Of a stretch of DNA of 38,378 bases, positions 16,097 through 24,110 are shown in pieces; the stretch's first letter is position 1; every line of letters starts with the position of its first letter. The DNA comes from a virus. Taxonomy: Duplodnaviria; Caudoviricetes. The notes under the pieces are model-generated. The model ran no database searches. It had not been told where the DNA came from and saw only the letters and a program-made list of their open reading frames with translations. Where the stretch lies: IMG/VR virus record IMGVR_UViG_3300012990_000007, positions 1-38,378 of that record; one strand, given 5' to 3'. A program made the translations under genes and the position numbers.

Positions 16097-16194
16097 GCGA
16101 TGTGGTCTTGGCAGCCTTTTTCAAAGCACTTTTCATTGCCGTTCCGCTGTTCGTCATCATTTGCGTGTGCCGCCCTTGGGATGACGCGCCATGA
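16093..16194 (+). CDS. Small TM peptide (33 aa)
   Basis: GGAG RBS, ATGA coupled at both ends; MSDVVLAAFFKALFIAVPLFVIICVCRPWDDAP. Confidence 0.5.
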   Translation: MSDVVLAAFFKALFIAVPLFVIICVCRPWDDAP

Positions 16195-16349
16195 TCTCAC
16201 ACACATCACGCCATTCCGGCCCGCGATCAACACTTGAGGCTTGGCTTGTCGCGGCGTTTTTAACCGCATGGGTTTTGATCTTTGGCCTGGTGCTGGTCCA
16301 GGCGTTTAATCAGTACATTCAGCAACTCATTGGCTGGCGGGTGCCCTGA
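16191..16349 (+). CDS. Small TM peptide (52 aa)
   Basis: ATGA/TGATG coupled; ...LEAWLVAAFLTAWVLIFGLVLVQAF... Confidence 0.45.
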   Translation: MISHTSRHSGPRSTLEAWLVAAFLTAWVLIFGLVLVQAFNQYIQQLIGWRVP

Positions 16350-16474
16350 TGCACCACGCCAGAGCTTTTTCAACCGTACCACGCACAGTCGGCGCGCCAA
16401 CGCTTTCCGTGCCTTTTTCAAACTCAGCTTATCAAGATCACGCTTTGTCATCGCAACCATATTGCGAGGGACAG

Positions 16475-16828
16475 ATGCGCACATCCTTGGAGACGGTTAG
16501 CCGAAAGTTTCGGGGCCGCGACGGCAGAACCTTACAGCAACGATACAGCACACGCGACGTAACCCGCGCGGTTTCCGATGTGCTGTCAGACTTCCACGCG
16601 AAGGAAATAGCGGAAGCCAGCGGCTCAAGTGTCCGCGCGGCTGAGAACGCCAAGCAGGGCATGAACGCCATGTCTCTGGCCCACTTCCTGAACGCCTGCC
16701 GAGAGATTCCAGAACTCCGCGCAATGGCGATGCAGATGATGGGTGTGGACCCGATCAATCCAGACCGCGAGCGGGCGCTTGCCATGCTGGTGAATTCATA
16801 TTCGCAACAGCAGGGGAGGGGCGAGTGA
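16475..16828 (+). CDS. CII-like HTH regulator
   Basis: GAGGG RBS before ATG 16475 (alternative start 16349); AKEIAEASGSSVRAAEN HTH; position between cro and replication genes. Confidence 0.65.
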   Translation: MRTSLETVSRKFRGRDGRTLQQRYSTRDVTRAVSDVLSDFHAKEIAEASGSSVRAAENAKQGMNAMSLAHFLNACREIPELRAMAMQMMGVDPINPDRERALAMLVNSYSQQQGRGE

Positions 16829-17007
16829 TCCATCTTCGCCCGATCCCTGATGCTCCCCGCAAGCGCGCCGACACCCGCGCCTTGCTCCAGGCCCGCGCCC
16901 GTATCCGCGCCGATCTTGAATTGATGAAGGCTGAAAAATCGTCCGAGCCGATAGACACGAAACGACAGCGACGCACTCAGCATTGGTGGGTTCGCGCAGA
17001 CTACTAA
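16825..17007 (+). CDS. Hypothetical basic protein
   Basis: GGAGG RBS, GTGA overlap. Confidence 0.6.
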   Translation: MIHLRPIPDAPRKRADTRALLQARARIRADLELMKAEKSSEPIDTKRQRRTQHWWVRADY

Positions 17008-17028
17008 CCGTCTCATGGCTGGGGCAAA

Positions 17029-17424
17029 ATGGCATACAGAAAATACAACGCATCACCGACGCACCTTGATGGGCACAGATTTGCCAGCAAGGCAGAGGCT
17101 CAGAGATATTCTGAGCTAAAGAACCTCGAAAGCGCCGGGATCGTCTCGCATCTGGAATTGCAGCCGCGCTTTCCCCTGATTGTGGGCGGCAAGGTGGTCT
17201 GCACCTACGTTGGCGACTTTCGCTATCTCGAAAACGGCAAGCCCGTCACCGAAGATGTGAAGGGCTTTGCCACAGCGGAATACAAGCTGAAGCGCAAGCT
17301 GCTGCTGGCGACACACCCTGGAATTGATCACCGCGAAATCGGCATCCGCCCCAAGCGCAAGGGCCGCGATGTATCCGCCGAAGTCAAAGAGATATTCCGC
17401 GAAGAAACGAGGAGGCGCACATGA
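17029..17424 (+). CDS. DUF1064 family PD-(D/E)XK nuclease (resolvase-like)
   Basis: KYNA...DGHRFASKAEAQRY...LELQPRF...YVGDFRY...EDVKG. Confidence 0.9.
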   Translation: MAYRKYNASPTHLDGHRFASKAEAQRYSELKNLESAGIVSHLELQPRFPLIVGGKVVCTYVGDFRYLENGKPVTEDVKGFATAEYKLKRKLLLATHPGIDHREIGIRPKRKGRDVSAEVKEIFREETRRRT

Positions 17425-17672
17425 AGCGGCGCATGAAGCCGAGTGGATCGGCGCACCATCTTATGAAGGCCCTGGACGTTCATCTGCACGCCGAGCGCAT
17501 GACATTGAAAGACCTGACCGACGCCAGCGGGGTATCATACCCGAGCGTGTGGAAGGCCATGAAGGGCCGCAGCAACATCGGCATCCTCACGCTGGAGGCT
17601 TTGTTCAACACGATTGGGTACACGCTCAAGCCGACGCCCCTTCCGCCCAAGAAGGCAAGGGTGGCGGCATGA
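17421..17672 (+). CDS. XRE-type HTH protein
   Basis: MTLKDLTDASGVSYPSVWK...LTLEALFNTIGYTL. Confidence 0.8.
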   Translation: MKRRMKPSGSAHHLMKALDVHLHAERMTLKDLTDASGVSYPSVWKAMKGRSNIGILTLEALFNTIGYTLKPTPLPPKKARVAA

Positions 17673-17926
17673 CCTTCCGCGAGGAAATCATAGGCGACTG
17701 CCGGTCTGGACGGTGCAGCATGATCTCCCACCCCCACTACCATCTCCACCAAGACGGCGAGGGAAAGCCTCTCGTCACGATCTGCTGGTCCGAGGATGGA
17801 AAGCACAGCGAAATCCAGATCGGCGGCGCATGGGCTGCTGAGTTAACGGAACGGCTTTTGAAAGCCGATCACGAACACAGCGTATTGATTCTTGAAGCCG
17901 CAATAGCGGAATGGAGGGCGAAGTGA
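17669..17926 (+). CDS. Hypothetical protein (likely true start 17720) preceded in frame by a methyltransferase-like N-terminal relic
   Basis: ATGA overlap at 17669; MTFREEIIGDCR leader; second ATG in GGTGCAGCATGA junction. Confidence 0.55.
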   Translation: MTFREEIIGDCRSGRCSMISHPHYHLHQDGEGKPLVTICWSEDGKHSEIQIGGAWAAELTERLLKADHEHSVLILEAAIAEWRAK

Positions 17927-18219
17927 TTGACCGCTTCGGCAAGCACATATTCATCTACTTCGCAGACCACGAGATTCTCTGGATCGAAGCCGCGAACCAT
18001 CTGGACTATCATGAACGGCAAGCCGCGTTCCGAGATATAGCGGAATTGAGCGGCAGGCACCTGAATGATGTTCGCAAGAAGGCGCACCGCCTCAAGCGTG
18101 TGCAGAAGGAGGCCGCCGCAAAGGCCCTGGCGCCCGCGCCGAAGCCTAAGCCCGTCTGGATTTTGCCGCCGTCGCAACTCAAGCCGCCGTCCATGGCGCG
18201 GCTCATGGGGTGCCGGTGA
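17923..18219 (+). CDS. Hypothetical protein, possible HTH
   Basis: GGAGG RBS, GTGA overlap; FRDIAELSGRHLNDVRKKA. Confidence 0.65.
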   Translation: MIDRFGKHIFIYFADHEILWIEAANHLDYHERQAAFRDIAELSGRHLNDVRKKAHRLKRVQKEAAAKALAPAPKPKPVWILPPSQLKPPSMARLMGCR

Positions 18220-18293
18220 TGGGAAACTCCATGCCTGTTAGCACTTACACGGATCACTTTTCACCGATTCAAAGCGGGAGCATACCCTCTTAG

Positions 18294-19025
18294 ATGGCGG
18301 GCATTATTTGGAGTAAGTTTTTTTGGTCCGACTGGCAGGCTGACCCTGCCTTGCGCCTTTGCTCGTTCGCGGCAAAGGGGCTCTGGATGGACATGCTTTG
18401 CATTGCGTCAGCACACGACCCGATTGGCTACGTCGCGGTAGCAGGCCGGGGCCTCAATGAAACCTCCATCGCTCGCATGACCGGTGGATTGGAATCTGAG
18501 GTCCGCGCCCTGTTAGGCGAGTTAGACCAAAACGGCGTGTTCTCACGCGACCGCAAAGGCACGATCTATTCCAGAAGGATGGTTAGCGATGCCAGGAAGG
18601 CAGCAATTGCCAAAAAGAATGGCAAGAATGGGGGCAACCCAAGCCTTTCAAATCACGGGGGAAATCCGGCGTCGGATAACCCCCCGGATAAGCCACCCCT
18701 TAAGCCCCATAAGCCACTATCTAAAAGCCATAAGCCAAGTTCCTCACTACGTTCGGAACAACCGGCTTTGCCGGATTGGGTGCCGCCAGCCGAATGGGCT
18801 GCATTCTTAGAAATCCGAACGAAGCAGCGCGTCCCAAACACGCCCAGTTCATTGGATTTGCTTATCAGAAAGCTGGAACGCTTGCGGGCTGACGGCGTGG
18901 ACCCGGTAGCGGTTCTTGAGCAATCCATCGAGCGCGGCTGGAAGGGCTTGTTTCCCATCCGCGCCGATGATGCCCCGCGCCAGCAATCCCGTTTTCCCGA
19001 AACCAAAATCATACAGGTGGCATGA
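18294..19025 (+). CDS. Replication initiator (lambda O analogue)
   Basis: WSKFFWSDWQADPALRLCSFAAKGLWMDMLC N-domain, low-complexity linker, LPDWVP...QSIERGWKGLF C-domain. Confidence 0.85.
   Translation: MAGIIWSKFFWSDWQADPALRLCSFAAKGLWMDMLCIASAHDPIGYVAVAGRGLNETSIARMTGGLESEVRALLGELDQNGVFSRDRKGTIYSRRMVSDARKAAIAKKNGKNGGNPSLSNHGGNPASDNPPDKPPLKPHKPLSKSHKPSSSLRSEQPALPDWVPPAEWAAFLEIRTKQRVPNTPSSLDLLIRKLERLRADGVDPVAVLEQSIERGWKGLFPIRADDAPRQQSRFPETKIIQVA
18673..18736 (+). repeat. Iteron-like repeats, probable replication origin
   Basis: TAAGCC at 18689, 18701, 18710, 18731, AAAGCC 18724, CGGATAA twice, within the initiator linker. Confidence 0.6.
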
Positions 19026-19633
19026 TGAGCGCCCAAGATGTTCAATCCGAAATTCTTGACCCTATGCAGCGGCTCTACCTGCCGCCACGAAACATGGACG
19101 AGGGCCAGCAGTCCCAGGCTTTGCGCGAGTATGTCAGCGCCTTGCAGAACTTTGAGCAGGCGGACCTTAACGCGGCATGGTGCGCAGTCCGCGACACGCA
19201 CACGACCCGCTCATGGCCCGTTCCTGCTGCCTTCATCATCGCCGCCAAGCAGGCCCGCAAGTACCGCAATGAGGCTGGGCTGGGTCGCAAAGACGCGGCA
19301 GCGGTAAGCCCGGAAAACGATAGCTGGGAAGTCTGGAAGAAAATATGCCGGTCGCAGATGGGCAGGGATGCCGTCCAGCGCGGAGTGGCTTGGGCTCTCA
19401 AGTGCGCCGTGCTGCACGACAAAAAGAAGCCTGAGCAGATTGATTTGCGCGAGCTGGTAAGCGGGAAGGCGAGCGCCGAACGCACGGCGGCGGGTATTGA
19501 GAACGGGTCAGTCCCAATGCGCGCGGCCTACACCTCGATGGCCCTGAATATGTGGCACACGCTGCAAATGCGGGAGACGGAAACCCAGGCTGAGATTAAT
19601 TACGGCGCCGCCACCGCGCCCAGCTACCAGTAG
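19022..19633 (+). CDS. Probable helicase loader/inhibitor (lambda P position)
   Basis: Coupled to initiator; YVSALQNF...WPVPAAF pattern. Confidence 0.55.
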   Translation: MMSAQDVQSEILDPMQRLYLPPRNMDEGQQSQALREYVSALQNFEQADLNAAWCAVRDTHTTRSWPVPAAFIIAAKQARKYRNEAGLGRKDAAAVSPENDSWEVWKKICRSQMGRDAVQRGVAWALKCAVLHDKKKPEQIDLRELVSGKASAERTAAGIENGSVPMRAAYTSMALNMWHTLQMRETETQAEINYGAATAPSYQ

Positions 19634-19643
19634 GAGGAATGCA

Positions 19644-20210
19644 ATGACCCGTCACGCACCCGCCCCCCAATCAGATGATGAGGTAGTTGGCCCGGCAGTG
19701 GTGAGCGAGCTTCATGTGCTGGGCCGCCCAGCTACCGACAAGGACAACAAGCCCGTCATCGGCAAGACCGCCTGGACCAAATGGACACCCCTCGAAGCCG
19801 CCTATCACAACGGCAAGCTGGGGGAGAAAGATTCATCTGATGCCCGGTCCCGGTTAAATGCGGGGCTGACCTACGCCTCCATTTGGGATACCGCTCAGAG
19901 CGGCGGGCGTGACTCTACACAGGCTTTGAACGTTTCCCGGTCTAGTGGAGGCGGTTCTACTTCACAGGCCCAGAGCGACTCGATAAAGGCCCTGGTGGCA
20001 ATTGACAGTCATCTAGGCCAGCGGGACAGGATCATCATTCGCATGGTGTGCGGTGAGGGTCATTTCCCTTCCGAAGCGGTTGCGATGGTTTCCCCCGATT
20101 ATGCGAAGGCGACCACGGCACGGTTCAAGGAGGCTTTGGATGCGCTGGCGGATGCCCTGGAAACCGTCCGCCGCAATCCGCGCCGGGCGAATATGGAGGT
20201 GGTGGCATGA
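19644..20210 (+). CDS. Probable late transcription regulator (DUF6456-like, Q position)
   Basis: AGGAGG RBS; RDST...SRSSGGG...IIRMVCGEG...FKEALDALA. Confidence 0.6.
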   Translation: MTRHAPAPQSDDEVVGPAVVSELHVLGRPATDKDNKPVIGKTAWTKWTPLEAAYHNGKLGEKDSSDARSRLNAGLTYASIWDTAQSGGRDSTQALNVSRSSGGGSTSQAQSDSIKALVAIDSHLGQRDRIIIRMVCGEGHFPSEAVAMVSPDYAKATTARFKEALDALADALETVRRNPRRANMEVVA

Positions 20211-20575
20211 TCGACGACGACAATGGCCCGGTTGTACAGCATTTTAATATTCGCGCGGTCAACGTGACCAAGCTAAATCAAGCGGTTGACTGCGAGATTA
20301 TCATTTCAGAGGCAGACCATGCCATTGAGAGCATCAAGCGCCAGATCAGGGACGGGGTTGGAGATGCGCTGTGGCTTCGGGACGCGACCAAGGCAATTGA
20401 GGACATAGATCATAAAAAGCGGTTAACAACCGCCAAGCTAAACGCCATCAAGGAAAGGGCGGCAAATGCCCCGGCACCTGACCAGCTATTCAAGGCCCGG
20501 TTTCTCAAAGTGGCTGAATTGATGCTTCCGGCAGAAACTTATCAGAAATTGCGCGAGGCGGCGGCAATCGCATGA
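20207..20575 (+). CDS. Hypothetical coiled-coil protein
   Basis: GGAGG RBS, ATGA overlap. Confidence 0.75.
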   Translation: MIDDDNGPVVQHFNIRAVNVTKLNQAVDCEIIISEADHAIESIKRQIRDGVGDALWLRDATKAIEDIDHKKRLTTAKLNAIKERAANAPAPDQLFKARFLKVAELMLPAETYQKLREAAAIA

Positions 20576-21072
20576 ATGGATATTTAAAATTCGTTGGGGA
20601 TAGCAAGGTCGATCTAACTGATTGGGAATTCAATTGTTCGTTTGGTGATCTAGACCTCAGTCCGGCCATTTGTTCGGTTGTGGCAGAGGGCATCAACGAA
20701 CAGTTTACCGAGAACCCCCCATATCTGTCTTTGCCGCATGATTGGATGGAAACAGGCGGCGACGGCAACGGCGGCGCCCCGGTGTCTGACCCACTGACGA
20801 TTTATCTAAACTTGCCGTTCCCGAGCCTCAATTGCGAGTGCGTTATGTCCACGACGCTGGCGGATATGCTTTCGACTGTGATGGGCGACCTGGATAATTC
20901 TGGGCTGCCGAAAGATGGCGGGTATTTAGACCCAGAACCACTCCGCAACATCGCTGCCGCCCTCAGGGCGCAGGCCGACCGGCTGGATGCCCAGGCCGTG
21001 GTAGAAGAAAGATGGAAGGTTTCATGTGAAACAAAGCCAGAACAAACCCATGATCTGGGAGAACGAAAATAG
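20572..21072 (+). CDS. Hypothetical acidic protein
   Basis: ATGA overlap; 166 aa. Confidence 0.7.
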   Translation: MNGYLKFVGDSKVDLTDWEFNCSFGDLDLSPAICSVVAEGINEQFTENPPYLSLPHDWMETGGDGNGGAPVSDPLTIYLNLPFPSLNCECVMSTTLADMLSTVMGDLDNSGLPKDGGYLDPEPLRNIAAALRAQADRLDAQAVVEERWKVSCETKPEQTHDLGERK

Positions 21073-21277
21073 ATTGCCCGCTAGGGGTTGACGGGCTTGC
21101 GAAAGTATGCAATTGGTTCGGCTATTGGGCGCATTGCGCCAAAACTGAAGGTGTAGCGCCGAGCGCCGCCTTCCCAAGTACCCGATAGGTACTATCGCGC
21201 CTGCATCCTTGCCACTTATTGCGGTGAATAACCCGCCTAATCTCCGCACAACTCGCCAGAGATGGCGACTAAGGGCC

Positions 21278-21454
21278 ATGTCCCATCGCAAGCGTTTTAC
21301 GCACCAGCAAGAGCGGCGCTGTTCTTGGGATGTGCTTCCGCGCGACTTCGATGCAATAGCGGAAGCCGAGAAAGACGCGGTGCGCGAGGTTCTGCATGGG
21401 CACGCATTCGATGCCCACATGCCCGGATACAAGCCTGAGGGAAAATCATGCTGA
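21278..21454 (+). CDS. Hypothetical protein
   Basis: TAAGGG RBS before ATG 21278. Confidence 0.5.
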   Translation: MSHRKRFTHQQERRCSWDVLPRDFDAIAEAEKDAVREVLHGHAFDAHMPGYKPEGKSC

Positions 21455-21606
21455 ACCTATCCTACTCGTTCAAGCCATCCGGTGAATGGTTTGTATTCAA
21501 CATAGACACCGGCAAGACCATCGAAACCCCCCATCTCAAGAACGCGCAGAAGGCCCGCATGGAGTGGCTCCGCCAGCGTTCCCTAACCCCCAAAGGAAAT
21601 AACTGA
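21448..21606 (+). CDS. Small hypothetical protein (52 aa), absent from ORF track
   Basis: GAGGG RBS; MLNLSYSFKPSGEWFVFNIDTGKTIETPHLKNAQKARMEWLRQRSLTPKGNN. Confidence 0.6.
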   Translation: MLNLSYSFKPSGEWFVFNIDTGKTIETPHLKNAQKARMEWLRQRSLTPKGNN

Positions 21607-21607
21607 C

Positions 21608-22081
21608 ATGGCAACCGAAGACCAATTCCTCGCGACCATCGGCGGCAACCTGCGCAGCCACGAGCTTGTGCTGAAGGCTGGCGCCTTGGCCGCAGGCGTC
21701 TATACCGCCTCCGTCACCCTCCCGGCTGGCTCGACCGTTTTGGACATCCTGGTGAATGGCGTTGCGCTCTGGAACGCTGGCACATCAGCCACCCTGATCG
21801 TGGGCGACACGGATGACGATGGTTTCTACATCGGCGTTAATCTCAAGGCGACCGACCTTCTGGCCGGTGAATCCCTGTCGCTGTCCCTCGCGGGCGGCAA
21901 AGAGGGCGCTTATGTCGCCAACAGCCAGGTTTCCCCCCGTTACTCGGCATCGGCCCGCACCATCACCGCCAAGGCGACGACTGTCGGCACCGCGCCATCG
22001 ACCGGTGAAACCCGCGTCATCGTTCTGTGGTCGCAGCCGTCCGCCAACAGCCGCACTGATCACACCTACGCCGCAACGTAA
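21608..22081 (+). CDS. Beta-rich virion protein, probable capsid decoration/cement protein
   Basis: AAGGA RBS, capsid-like codon bias; LPAGSTVLDILV...WNAGTSATLIVG. Confidence 0.6.
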   Translation: MATEDQFLATIGGNLRSHELVLKAGALAAGVYTASVTLPAGSTVLDILVNGVALWNAGTSATLIVGDTDDDGFYIGVNLKATDLLAGESLSLSLAGGKEGAYVANSQVSPRYSASARTITAKATTVGTAPSTGETRVIVLWSQPSANSRTDHTYAAT

Positions 22082-22120
22082 GCGGATCACCTAACGCGAC
22101 AACCTTGAGGGAGGATCGCA

Positions 22121-22513
22121 TTGCATAAGGCCCACCACTGCACACCCATCCCTGACAACTCCAACCTGTGCATCCACGGCTTCGAGGAGCGTAAGCGTCT
22201 TAGGCGCGGGTATCACCGGGCGAGAAGGCAACTTGTGGGCAATGCCCGCGATGGCGCCTCTGGTGGAGGCTGCGCCGTTGCCGTCAAGCCCGAGGTCATG
22301 GAGCGCGCACTGGATAAGGCCCTACAGCCCCCCCAGATTCTATGGGGCGTATATGCCGACAGCCCGAAGCAAGGGAGGGCGTTCCTGGTCGCAAACTACG
22401 CGAAGCACGGCGTCAAGATAACACCGGGCGATATCGCAGTGTTGCGTACCAAGGCCCTGAAGCGCCGCATTCATTCGTGGACCAGCGGCATCAGCCCGGA
22501 ATTCTTCACCTAA
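22121..22513 (+). CDS. Hypothetical protein
   Basis: GGAGG RBS before TTG. Confidence 0.55.
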   Translation: MHKAHHCTPIPDNSNLCIHGFEERKRLRRGYHRARRQLVGNARDGASGGGCAVAVKPEVMERALDKALQPPQILWGVYADSPKQGRAFLVANYAKHGVKITPGDIAVLRTKALKRRIHSWTSGISPEFFT

Positions 22514-22556
22514 CCGCGACAACCGCCCCGTTTGGCGGATCGCAAGAGAGTAACCA

Positions 22557-22850
22557 ATGGGAGCCTCTAAGCCTAAACTAGGCCTAAATAAGGGCAATGC
22601 AGGCAAGGGCAGGCCCAAGGGCGTCCCGAATAAGCTCAACAAGCAACTCAAGGAAATGATCCTTGGCGCTTTGGAGACGGCGGGCGGCGAGGATTACCTC
22701 GTCACCCAGTCCCGAGAGAACCCCACTGCGTTCCTGACCCTGATCGGCAAGGTGCTGCCGCTCCAGCTTACGGGCGATATGAAACACGATCTAAACTTTT
22801 CGTGGTCTCCAACGCCGGGCGAGGCCATATCGGACCCGTCCAGCAAGTAA
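22557..22850 (+). CDS. terS: Terminase small subunit
   Basis: GKGRPKGVPNK...LKEMILGAL...GGEDYL...AFLTLIGKVLP. Confidence 0.88.
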   Translation: MGASKPKLGLNKGNAGKGRPKGVPNKLNKQLKEMILGALETAGGEDYLVTQSRENPTAFLTLIGKVLPLQLTGDMKHDLNFSWSPTPGEAISDPSSK

Positions 22851-24097
22851 TTATCCCCTACTATCCGCGCCCCATCTGGCTCGGGTTTCATCAGTCCAAG
22901 GCCCGCTGGCGCGTAGCCGTGGCTCATCGCCGTGCGGGTAAGACCGTCGCGTTCATCAATGAGGCCTTAAAGGGCGCTCTCACATGCACGCTGCCGAATC
23001 CCCGGTTTGGCTATGTCGCCCCGCTTCTGAGCCAGGCCAAGTCGGTCGCATGGGATTATGTCCGCCAATACTGCGCCCCCATACCGGGCGTGAAGTTCAA
23101 TGAGACGGAACTGCGGGCTGACCTGCCGAATGGTGGCCGCGTTCGACTGTTTGGCGCAGACAATTTTGACGCTCTGCGCGGTATGTATTTTGACGGCGTT
23201 ATTCTTGATGAGTTCGGGGATATGGACCCTCGCGCTTGGACTGAGGTTATTCGCCCGCAGCTGTCTGACCGTAATGGCTGGGCTGCGTTCGCTGGTACGC
23301 CCCGAGGCAAGAACACGTTCTATGACCTGCGCAACCGGGCCAAGGCCGGTGACGAAGGCTGGTCCCTCTGGGAACTGAAGGCGAGCGAGACCAAGGTGCT
23401 GTCAGAATCTGAACTGACAGACGCCCGCAATTCGATGGACGAGGCCGCATTCCTGCGGGAATACGAGTGCAGCTTCGACGCTGCCGTGGCCGGGGCCTAT
23501 TACGCCAAGGAAATGGCCGACGCAGAGGCTGGCAAGCGCATCTGCCGCCTGCCTATCGAGCCCACGGTCAAGGTCGATACCGCCTGGGACTTGGGCATAG
23601 ACGACGCCACCGCCATCTGGTTCATCCAGGACATCGGCCAGGAACGGCGCATCATCGACTATCTGGAAGTGTCCGGCGAGGGCCTGCCCCAGATCGTCAA
23701 GCAGCTGGACGCCAAGCCTTACCGCTACGGCAGGCACATCCTGCCCCATGACGTTGAGGTGCGTGAGCTTGGTTCGGGCAAGTCCCGCAAGCAGACCCTG
23801 GAAGAATTGGGGCTCAGGAACATAGACATTATTCCCGCCATGGAAGTGGCGGACGGGATCAACGCGGTGCGGCTGACCATCCCGAAATGCTGGTTTGACG
23901 CGGACCGCTGCGCCCGAGGCATCGAGGCGCTGAAGCAATATCGCCGCGAATGGGATGGCAAGCGCCAGACATGGCGTGAGCGGCCCTATCACGACTGGAC
24001 ATCACACGCATCCGACGCCTTCCGGTATCTGGCTCTGAGCCAGAGGCCCGTGAAGCAGGACAAGAAACTCATCCTCCCGGCCTTCGGCGCCGTCTAA
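22802..24097 (+). CDS. terL: Terminase large subunit
   Basis: HRRAGKT Walker A, VILDE Walker B, GTPRG, AWDLG nuclease, HDWTSHASDAFRY. Confidence 0.97.
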   Translation: MVSNAGRGHIGPVQQVIIPYYPRPIWLGFHQSKARWRVAVAHRRAGKTVAFINEALKGALTCTLPNPRFGYVAPLLSQAKSVAWDYVRQYCAPIPGVKFNETELRADLPNGGRVRLFGADNFDALRGMYFDGVILDEFGDMDPRAWTEVIRPQLSDRNGWAAFAGTPRGKNTFYDLRNRAKAGDEGWSLWELKASETKVLSESELTDARNSMDEAAFLREYECSFDAAVAGAYYAKEMADAEAGKRICRLPIEPTVKVDTAWDLGIDDATAIWFIQDIGQERRIIDYLEVSGEGLPQIVKQLDAKPYRYGRHILPHDVEVRELGSGKSRKQTLEELGLRNIDIIPAMEVADGINAVRLTIPKCWFDADRCARGIEALKQYRREWDGKRQTWRERPYHDWTSHASDAFRYLALSQRPVKQDKKLILPAFGAV

Positions 24098-24110
24098 AGG
24101 AACCCCCCAC

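Noticed and set aside
22790-22850. Programmed -1 frameshift fusing TerS and TerL
   Set aside because: No canonical slippery heptamer; a GTG start overlapping the TerS Trp codon explains the overlap
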